Shown here piece after piece: positions 22,469 to 29,722 of a DNA stretch of 64,000 nt (position 1 is its first letter; the number at the start of each line of letters is the position of its first letter). A program made the translations under genes and the position numbers. The notes beneath the pieces were generated by a model, which did not search any database, was not told the DNA's origin, and saw nothing but the letters and a program-made list of their open reading frames with translations. This DNA is from Acidobacteriaceae bacterium. GTDB lineage: Bacteria; Acidobacteriota; Terriglobia; Terriglobales; Acidobacteriaceae. Where the stretch lies: NCBI GenBank assembly GCA_030039035.1, contig JASHQQ010000067.1, positions 110 through 64,109 of the forward strand. Direction: 5' to 3'.

Positions 22469-23187
22469 CACTCTTTCTCCCGCTCGAACTTCCACCCGCC
22501 CACGATCGAAGAGATCGTCCCGCGGCCCTCGATGTAATCGTGGTAGAAGGCCAGATAGACGTGCACGATGGTGAAGCAGACAAAGAACCAGAGGAAGAGA
22601 TGGTGCCAGAAGCGCACCGCGAACTCGCCACCCATCAGCGGCACGATCCACACGAACATACGCGGCAGCCACGAGTTGCTCATGCTGGAGTAAAGCGCGA
22701 ACCCGGTGATGGTCTGGAAGCAGAAGACGAGGAACGTGAAGAAATAGATCAGTGCGGCCAGCGCGTTGTGGCCGGTCGAAATGGTCCCGTGCATCCGGGT
22801 TTGCAGCACGTCGGTCTTGATGACATCGACGATTTCGTCGCGTTGTCTTCGGGTCAGCGGAAAGAAATTGTTCCACTTCGCGTATTTGTTCCCCACGAAA
22901 CCCCAATAGAGCCGCGCCAGGAAGTTGAATACATAGACGAAAGCCGAGACGAAATGCAGGAAACGAATCCATCCGAACCAGTACTGCTGCCAGGCTTCCG
23001 CGGCGTAAAACGCGCGGATGGGCGCGCCGATCAGGTAGCCGGTGACGCACAGCATCACCAGGGCCACGGCGTTGATCCAGTGATAAAAGCGCACCGGCAG
23101 CTCCCACACGTAGACGCGCCGGTACTCGATCGGGTGTTCTTTTTGCACCACGGGCGCCGCGCCGGCGCCGATTTCGGGAGAACTCAT
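22468..23187 (-). CDS. hyaC: Ni/Fe-hydrogenase b-type cytochrome subunit
   Basis: 'YVWELPVRFYHW.NA', 'IRFLHF', 'GHNALA', 'RFWHH', 'VHVY...GTISSIVGGWK'. Start is ATG 23187 or GTG 23196 overlapping the large-subunit stop. Confidence 0.93.
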   Translation of the reverse strand: MSSPEIGAGAAPVVQKEHPIEYRRVYVWELPVRFYHWINAVALVMLCVTGYLIGAPIRAFYAAEAWQQYWFGWIRFLHFVSAFVYVFNFLARLYWGFVGNKYAKWNNFFPLTRRQRDEIVDVIKTDVLQTRMHGTISTGHNALAALIYFFTFLVFCFQTITGFALYSSMSNSWLPRMFVWIVPLMGGEFAVRFWHHLFLWFFVCFTIVHVYLAFYHDYIEGRGTISSIVGGWKFEREKE

Positions 23188-23192
23188 GGCCG

Positions 23193-24905
23193 TCACTCGA
23201 AGGAAATCTGGTGAATGTGCCGTCCCTGCGGATCGTAGAGATGCACGGCGCAGGCCAGGCACGGGTCAAAGGAGTGGATGGTGCGAATGATCTCCAGCGG
23301 CTGCTCGAGATTGGCCACCGGCGTGCCAATCAGCGACGCCTCGAACGAAGAGTGCTGCTGTTTTGCGTCGCGCGGCGAGCCGTTCCAGGTGGTCGGAACG
23401 ACGAGCTGATAGTTGTCGATCCGGCCCTCGTGGATCCTGATCCAGTGCGCCAGCGAGCCGCGCGGAGCCTCCTCCAGGCCCACGCCCTCGCAATCTGACG
23501 GCCATGTCTTCGGCTCCCACCGCTCGCCGTTGAAGGTGGAAACCTCGTTGATCTTCACGCGCTCCATCAACTGCCCGAAGAACTCCTTCAGCCAGACCAT
23601 GGCCAGCGCCGCGTCCACTCCGCGCGCCGCGGTGCGGCCCAGCGTGCTGAAGAGCGCCCCCACCGGAACACCAAGCTGGCCCAGCGTCTGCGTTACAACT
23701 TCCCTTACATCCGCGCGGCCGGCGGCAAAGGAGACGATGAGGCGCGCGAGCGGTCCCACTTCCATGGCATTGTCCTTCCAGCGCGGCGTCTTCAGGAACG
23801 AGTACTTTTCGTGGCCCTCCAGCGTTTCGAACGGCGGCTTCGGGCCGGTGTACCTGATCTTCGTCTCGCCTGCCCACGGATGTACGCCCACCGAATCGCC
23901 GCCTTCGTAGGTATACCAGGAGTGCGCGATGTACTCCTTGATCTCCTCGGCATCGCGCGGGTTCACCGGGTGCACGCGGGTCAGGTCGCGATTGAGCACC
24001 GCGCCCCGCGCGTATTTGAACGAGTCCGGCTGGCCGTAGCCCTTGGTGGGGAATTCGCCGTAGCTCAGGTAGTTGTGCAGCCCGCCGCCGTACCTGGCCC
24101 AATCCTTGTAGAACGAGGCGACAGCCAGAAGATCGGGGATGTAGACCTCGTTGACGAATTCATCGGCCTGGCTGATGAGATTCGAGACGAGATTGAGCCG
24201 CTCGGAGTTGATGGCCGCCACTTCTTCCGTATTGATCGAGCACGGCACTCCGCCGACGAGGTAATTCGGATGCGGGTTCTTGCCGCCGAAGACGGCATGG
24301 ATCTTGACGACTTCCTTCTGCCACTGCAGCGCGTCGAGGTAGTGCGCCACGCCGATCAGATTCACCTCGGGCGGCAGCTTGTATCCCGAATGACCCCAGT
24401 AGCCGTTGGCGAAGATACCGAGACCGCTGGCCGCGAAGGCCTTGATCTTGTCCTGCACCTCGGTGAAATACGACGTCGTGTTTTTGTCCCACCTGGAGAA
24501 CGACGCGGCCAGCTCGGCCGCTTTTTTCGGATCCGCTTTCAGGGCGTTGACGATATCCACCCAGTCGAGCGCATGCAGGTGATAGAAGTGCACCACGTGG
24601 TCCTGCACGTACTGCGTCAGCAGCATGATGCTGCGAATGATCTCGGCCGTGGGAGGCACGGCAATGCCCAGCGCATCCTCGACCGCGCGCACGCTGGCCA
24701 GCGCGTGGACCGTGGTGCACACGCCGCAGACTCGCTCGGTGATGGCCCAGGCGTCGCGCGGATCGCGGCCAATAAGAATCTTCTCCAGGCCCCTCACCAT
24801 GGTGCCCGAGCTGAACGCATCGGTGATCACGCCGTTTTCCACCACGGCTTCAACGCGGAGGTGGCCTTCAAGGCGGGTTACCGGATCGACAACTACGCGT
24901 GTCAT
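23193..24905 (-). CDS. hyaB: [NiFe]-hydrogenase large subunit, membrane-bound uptake group 1 (1d-like)
   Basis: 'VDPVTRLEGHLR', L1 motif 'ERVCGVC', 'GGKNPHPN', 'EAPRGSL.HW', L2 motif 'SFDPCLACAVH' followed by a cleavable C-terminal tail. Confidence 0.96.
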   Translation of the reverse strand: MTRVVVDPVTRLEGHLRVEAVVENGVITDAFSSGTMVRGLEKILIGRDPRDAWAITERVCGVCTTVHALASVRAVEDALGIAVPPTAEIIRSIMLLTQYVQDHVVHFYHLHALDWVDIVNALKADPKKAAELAASFSRWDKNTTSYFTEVQDKIKAFAASGLGIFANGYWGHSGYKLPPEVNLIGVAHYLDALQWQKEVVKIHAVFGGKNPHPNYLVGGVPCSINTEEVAAINSERLNLVSNLISQADEFVNEVYIPDLLAVASFYKDWARYGGGLHNYLSYGEFPTKGYGQPDSFKYARGAVLNRDLTRVHPVNPRDAEEIKEYIAHSWYTYEGGDSVGVHPWAGETKIRYTGPKPPFETLEGHEKYSFLKTPRWKDNAMEVGPLARLIVSFAAGRADVREVVTQTLGQLGVPVGALFSTLGRTAARGVDAALAMVWLKEFFGQLMERVKINEVSTFNGERWEPKTWPSDCEGVGLEEAPRGSLAHWIRIHEGRIDNYQLVVPTTWNGSPRDAKQQHSSFEASLIGTPVANLEQPLEIIRTIHSFDPCLACAVHLYDPQGRHIHQISFE

Positions 24906-24911
24906 GGTTCC

Positions 24912-26000
24912 TTACGACTCCTTCCGCTCTTCCGCGCGCACTTCCGCGATGACCTGGTGTTTGCGCACATTGGTGACGACGGCGTGGGCCGCGACTCCGG
25001 CGAGTGTGGCCACGCCCACAATCGTGCCCACGGTGTCGGCCGTGCTCTCGATGCCGAAGCCGGGGAACGACGGCAGATGCTGATAGAACGGCCCGTTGTC
25101 CCAGAAGCCATCTTCGCTGCAGCCGATACAGCCATGGCCCGACTGGATGGGGTAACTCGTCCCTTCGTTCCATCGCACCACCGAGCAGGCGTTGTAGGTC
25201 ACCGGCCCGCGGCAACCCATCTTGTAAAGGCAATAGCCCTTGCGCGCGTTTTCGTCGTCCCACGACTCGACGAAAAGGCCGGCGTCGTAGTTTGGCCGGC
25301 GGTAGCAGGTGTCGTGCACGCGCCGTCCATAGAACTCCTTCGGCCGGCCCAGGCTGTCGAGCGCCGGCAGTTTGCCCAGTACCAGCAGGTGCGTGACGAC
25401 CGCCATCATCACGTCGGCGATGGGCGGGCAGCCGGGCACGTTGATGACCGGCTTGTTCACCAGTTTGTGGATCGGCGTCGCGCCGGTCGGATTGGGCCTT
25501 GCTGCCTGCACACAACCGTTGGCCGCACAACTGCCCCACGCCACAATGGCTGCCGCATCCGCCGCCACCGTCTGCAGGATCGACTGCGCCGTCCTGCCGC
25601 CGATCATGCAATAGACGCCGTCGTCCTTCGTGGGTACCGCGCCTTCCACCAGCACGATGTACTTGCCCTTGTTGTCGCGGATGGTGTCGCTGAGGCTTTT
25701 CTCCGCCTGAAAGCCGGAGGCCGCCATCAGCGTTTCCGTGTAGTTCAGCGACAGCACATCGAGCAGCGCGTCGGCCACAATCGGGTGCGAGGCCCGGATG
25801 AACGACTCGCTGCAGCAGGTGCACTCCTGAAAATGCATCCACACCACAGCAGGCTTTTCCCGGGTTTGAAATGCCGATGCAACCTGGGCCACGCCGGATT
25901 TGCCCAGGCCGGCCGCTGCGGCTGCCGCCGTACAAAGCTGCAGAAACTCCCTGCGGCTGTACCCCTTCTTTTCCATGGTTTGCCAGATGGATTGACCCAT
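24912..26000 (-). CDS. hyaA: [NiFe]-hydrogenase small subunit with Tat signal, six-Cys proximal cluster and C-terminal TM anchor
   Basis: 'SRREFL' Tat motif, 'ECTCCSES', 'WGSCAANGCVQAA', 'PGCPP', 'HDTCYRR', 'CLYKMGCRGP', 'PIQSGHGCIGC', hydrophobic C-terminus. Confidence 0.96.
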   Translation of the reverse strand: MGQSIWQTMEKKGYSRREFLQLCTAAAAAAGLGKSGVAQVASAFQTREKPAVVWMHFQECTCCSESFIRASHPIVADALLDVLSLNYTETLMAASGFQAEKSLSDTIRDNKGKYIVLVEGAVPTKDDGVYCMIGGRTAQSILQTVAADAAAIVAWGSCAANGCVQAARPNPTGATPIHKLVNKPVINVPGCPPIADVMMAVVTHLLVLGKLPALDSLGRPKEFYGRRVHDTCYRRPNYDAGLFVESWDDENARKGYCLYKMGCRGPVTYNACSVVRWNEGTSYPIQSGHGCIGCSEDGFWDNGPFYQHLPSFPGFGIESTADTVGTIVGVATLAGVAAHAVVTNVRKHQVIAEVRAEERKES

Positions 26001-26125
26001 GCCTGCCTCACACGCGATAGGGTCGCCGGAAAACCCGCGGGCCCAGCGGCCTTGTCTGGCGCGGTCCCGTCCGGGCTCCCGGTGGAATGATGCAGGCACA
26101 TTACCGATTCGAAAACACGTTCGGC

Positions 26126-26141
26126 TGTGTTCCGGGTCACA
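26126..26141. promoter_or_regulatory. CRP/FNR-family binding site upstream of the hydrogenase operon
   Basis: TGTGT-N6-TCACA (9/10 to TGTGA-N6-TCACA). TAATGT -10 on the minus strand at 26098-26103 gives class II-like spacing. Confidence 0.55.
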
Positions 26142-26307
26142 GTTCTTCACGCTTTGGCGGCGGCGCCGGGTAGAAAATGAGAGCTGGATCACCATGGCCG
26201 GATTCCCGTCCGGCCCGTTTCTTCGAATTCGCATCGAAGCGGGGAGTGACGAAGCAGCGCGTTCCGGTTCACTATGGAGGGGATTGGGACCCGGAGGAGA
26301 TTGGGAA

Positions 26308-27636
26308 ATGGCGGCTGAAATTCAGGAAACGACATGTTGCGTGGTCGGCGGCGGGCCCGCGGGCATGATGCTCGGTTATCTGCTGGCGCGCCGGGGCATC
26401 GAGGTTATGGTGCTCGAAAAGCATCAGGACTTCTTCCGCGATTTCCGCGGCGACACGGTGCACCCTTCCACGATGGAGGTGCTCAAGGAGCTGGGGCTCC
26501 TCGAGGAATTCCTTCGGCTGCCGCACCAGAAGGTCACATCGGCCGGTGTGGTCCTCGGCGATACGCCCTTCGAAGTGGCCGACTTCCGCCATGTTCCGGC
26601 CACGTGCAGGTTTGTGGCGCTCATGCCGCAATGGGACTTTCTGAACTTTCTCGCCGATCATGCGAAGCGGTTTGCTTCGTTCCGGCTGCTCATGGGCCAC
26701 GAGGCGACCTGGCTGGTGAGCGATGGGGGACGCATTCGTGGAGTCTCGGTCCAGCGCGACGGACAGGACGTGCAGATTCGCGCAAAGCTCGTGGTGGGTT
26801 GCGATGGCCGCCACTGCGTCACGCGCAACGCGGCCGATCTCGAATTGATCGAGAGCGGCGTGCCCATCGACGTGCTATGGTTCCGCATCAGCCGCAAGCC
26901 GGACGACCCCGCCAACGTGCTGGGCAACGTGAACTACGGCAAGGCGCTGATCCTGATCGATCGTTCGGATTACTTCCAGGCCGGCCTGATTATCAAGAAG
27001 GGAACCTGGGACGAAGTGAAGGCGCGCGGCCTCGACGCGCTGCGCGGCGACATCGGCAAGATTGCGCCCTTCCTGGGTGAGCGCGTAAGCGAACTCCGCG
27101 ACTGGGAGCAGATCAAGGTATTGACCGTACAGATCAACCGGCTGCGGCGCTGGCACCGGCCGGGCCTGCTGTGCATTGGAGACGCGGCGCACGCCATGTC
27201 GCCCGCGGGCGGCGTGGGCATCAACCTGGCGATTCAGGATGCCGTGGCCACGGCGAACCTTCTCACGCGGCACCTGCTTGCGGGTCATGTCCCCGACGAA
27301 GCATTGGCGGCGGTGCAGCGCCGCCGCGAATTCCCCACGCGCGTGACGCAGACAATCCAGTCAGGCGCCCATCGCGCGCTCGCGCGAGTCTTCGAGAATC
27401 CCGGACCGATCCGGCCTCCGTGGCAGATGAAAGCGGTGACGCGCATTCCCGGCATTCATCGCGCGCTGGGATACGCGGTGGGCATCGGCGCGCGCCCCGA
27501 GCACGTGCGCGAGCAGCCACCGCCGCGGAAGCTGAAGCTCTCCCCGCTGGCCGCGGCAGCCTACTTCGGGATCGGCGTCACAGCCGCTGCCGTGTCCTGC
27601 GGATGGTCGTGGTGGATGAGGAGAAAAGCCGCGTAG
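26308..27636 (+). CDS. FAD-dependent oxidoreductase/monooxygenase (UbiH-like)
   Basis: 'VVGGGPAGMMLG', 'DFRGDTVHP', 'VGCDGR', 'IGDAAHAMSPAGGVGINLAIQDA'. SD GGAGGA precedes ATG 26308. Confidence 0.9.
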   Translation: MAAEIQETTCCVVGGGPAGMMLGYLLARRGIEVMVLEKHQDFFRDFRGDTVHPSTMEVLKELGLLEEFLRLPHQKVTSAGVVLGDTPFEVADFRHVPATCRFVALMPQWDFLNFLADHAKRFASFRLLMGHEATWLVSDGGRIRGVSVQRDGQDVQIRAKLVVGCDGRHCVTRNAADLELIESGVPIDVLWFRISRKPDDPANVLGNVNYGKALILIDRSDYFQAGLIIKKGTWDEVKARGLDALRGDIGKIAPFLGERVSELRDWEQIKVLTVQINRLRRWHRPGLLCIGDAAHAMSPAGGVGINLAIQDAVATANLLTRHLLAGHVPDEALAAVQRRREFPTRVTQTIQSGAHRALARVFENPGPIRPPWQMKAVTRIPGIHRALGYAVGIGARPEHVREQPPPRKLKLSPLAAAAYFGIGVTAAAVSCGWSWWMRRKAA

Positions 27637-27707
27637 CTTCTGTGCAAATCAGGAGAGCCATCGGCGATCGAATCGGCTGATGACGGATTTGAGATTCGCC
27701 GCCTTCG

Positions 27708-28241
27708 TCAGTCGGCCATCACGCGCAGCCGCGCCGGCATCCGGTCGCCGGCCAGTTCGTGGCCGCAGCGGGTGCAAAACTGGTCGGTGGCGCGCACCGT
27801 GCGGTAGCAGTTGCCGCAACTGGCGGTGAGCTGGTAATCGCACTGCGGGCAGAAGTGGAAGTCGCTCTGCACATGCGTGGAGCACGCCGGGCAGCGGGAG
27901 ACCAGGGGCTGGCGCAGCAGAAAATACAAAACGGCGCCGATGCCGCCCGGCATCACGAAGCAGATCGCCATCCAGAATCGCGAGCTCATGGCGCGGCGCG
28001 GCGCATCCTTGCTCACATAGCCCACCATCAGGAAATAGAGCGCCACCAGCGCGCCCCAGGAGAAATTGAAGTAGATGCGAAATCCCAGCGGCGGCGAATG
28101 GTGGTGCGGCTGCGCGGGCAAAATGAGCCAGAGGTAGTATTCGACCAGAACCAGAGCCAGTCCGGCGGCGACGATCGACCACGCGGGGATCAGCCGCGCA
28201 TCGTCATTGAAGGTGATGGATTGAGGCACGCGCTCCGGCAT
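27708..28241 (-). CDS. Membrane protein with C-terminal double zinc ribbon
   Basis: Three to four hydrophobic segments, then CPAC...FCPQC...CGNC...FCTRCG. Confidence 0.85.
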   Translation of the reverse strand: MPERVPQSITFNDDARLIPAWSIVAAGLALVLVEYYLWLILPAQPHHHSPPLGFRIYFNFSWGALVALYFLMVGYVSKDAPRRAMSSRFWMAICFVMPGGIGAVLYFLLRQPLVSRCPACSTHVQSDFHFCPQCDYQLTASCGNCYRTVRATDQFCTRCGHELAGDRMPARLRVMAD

Positions 28242-28286
28242 CGTCAGTTCGTTTGGAGGTTAAGAGTAGCTTAACTCCTGTTCGAA

Positions 28287-28314
28287 ATGACGGAAAAGCG
28301 CTACAAGAAGTTGC
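28287..28314 (-). promoter_or_regulatory. Putative ECF-sigma promoter for the zinc-ribbon gene
   Basis: Minus strand GCAACT-N16-CGTCAT, same geometry as the motif upstream of the ECF sigma gene. Confidence 0.5.
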
Positions 28315-28354
28315 GGGGGAGCGGATTTTCGCCAGGAGAACGGTAACGGCGCAT

Positions 28355-28729
28355 TTACGACCTGTGCTTCAACCATCCCGCCACGAGCGCGGCGGCGACC
28401 AGCGCCGGACACAGGATGCAGACCCACAGGCTGAACTGGCTGGTCAGGTCGCCGAGACGCTCGCCGGCGATCAGGTTATCCACCGCCCACCACACCAGCG
28501 GGCCTACAGCCAGCAAAACCAGCAGGATCGAAGCCAGCGCCAGCGCGCGAACCCGCTGCCGGTCGGCCTTCTGCTCCTGCATTACGCCCAGCGAGGCCAG
28601 CACCACGCGCCGCGTGCGGTGGGCCACACCGCGCTCCCGCGCGGCCTGGCCGCCGGCAAGCGCAGCCACCAGATCGCGGTCTGCCGCCGCATTCTTCAGC
28701 GTATCCTTGGATGGCCCAGCCGGATTCAC
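28355..28729 (-). CDS. Small two-TM protein, putative anti-sigma factor
   Basis: Overlaps the sigma stop by 4 nt. Soluble N-terminal helix followed by two hydrophobic helices. Confidence 0.65.
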   Translation of the reverse strand: MNPAGPSKDTLKNAAADRDLVAALAGGQAARERGVAHRTRRVVLASLGVMQEQKADRQRVRALALASILLVLLAVGPLVWWAVDNLIAGERLGDLTSQFSLWVCILCPALVAAALVAGWLKHRS

Positions 28730-29382
28730 GCTGCCCCCATCCGCCGCCTTCCACCGCGCTCGAGGGCGGGTCGGATCGCGGCCAGCCCGCGATAGAGCCG
28801 CGATTTGACCGTGGATAACGGCGCGCGCGTCACCTTCGCGATCTCTTCGAGCGACATCTCTTCATGGAAGCGCAGCACGAGCACCTCGCGGTACAGCGTA
28901 TCCAGCGTCATCAAGGCCGCGGCAATGCGCTCGCGATCCTCCAGATTCGACAGCCGGTCGAACGGCGTCGGCTCGCCGTCGGCGATCTCGAAGCTCATCG
29001 GCCGGTCGTCTTCGCTGCCCGCTTCGAAAAGCTCGTCCAGGCTCGACATCGTCTTCTTGCGCCGCTGATCGATCACCAGATTGCGCGCAATCGTGAACAG
29101 CCAGGTGTCAAAGCGCGCCTGTCCGTTGAATTGCGCGCCGCGCACCAGCACCCGCATCCACACTTCCTGAAACAAGTCCTCGGCCAGTTCGCGGTTGCTG
29201 GTTAAATAGAGCAGGTAGCGCAACAACCGGTGCTGGAAGCGGACGATCAGTTGATCGAGCAGACCGGCATCCTGGCGCTTGAGTCCCGCCGCCACGGTAA
29301 GACTTTCCTGGCGCACCTGCTCATCCAGACTGGCATCGGAATCCGGCGCAAAGCCGGTACGAATGTAGGCCATCGTGCTCAT
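28726..29382 (-). CDS. ECF RNA polymerase sigma factor
   Basis: Region 2 'AEDLFQEVWMRV...FDTWLFTIARNLVIDQRRK'. Region 4 'YREVLVLRFHEEMSLEEIAKV...STVKSRLYRG'. Confidence 0.95.
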   Translation of the reverse strand: MSTMAYIRTGFAPDSDASLDEQVRQESLTVAAGLKRQDAGLLDQLIVRFQHRLLRYLLYLTSNRELAEDLFQEVWMRVLVRGAQFNGQARFDTWLFTIARNLVIDQRRKKTMSSLDELFEAGSEDDRPMSFEIADGEPTPFDRLSNLEDRERIAAALMTLDTLYREVLVLRFHEEMSLEEIAKVTRAPLSTVKSRLYRGLAAIRPALERGGRRRMGAA

Positions 29383-29392
29383 CTTGCTCGAT

Positions 29393-29420
29393 TAGACGAT
29401 AAAGGGGGTACCCGAGTCAC
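29393..29420 (-). promoter_or_regulatory. Putative autoregulatory ECF promoter
   Basis: Minus strand GTGACT-N16-CGTCTA ending 10 nt before the sigma ATG. Confidence 0.5.
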
Positions 29421-29722
29421 GGAAAATCGTGTTCAAATGAAAAAAAGTTTCTGAATTGGGACAAAACGGTGCGCCAAGGCGCCGGATCCTGCCATTCTTG
29501 CCGCCCGAAACGATGGTTTCCCGCCGCTGGACCTCGCGCCCGCGCGGCCCCGGGCCGAAATCCGGCGCCCGTTATACTGATTCCTGACGGCAGCAACACA
29601 CCGCTGATTTTGTTCGAGATCTTCAGGCAGGGCCCATTCGGGCTGCGTTCGCGAGCGTTTGCGCGGACGGGCGGCTCCGGTTTCGACACCGACTCCAGAG
29701 GGCCCCGGAGGGACATTCCCAG

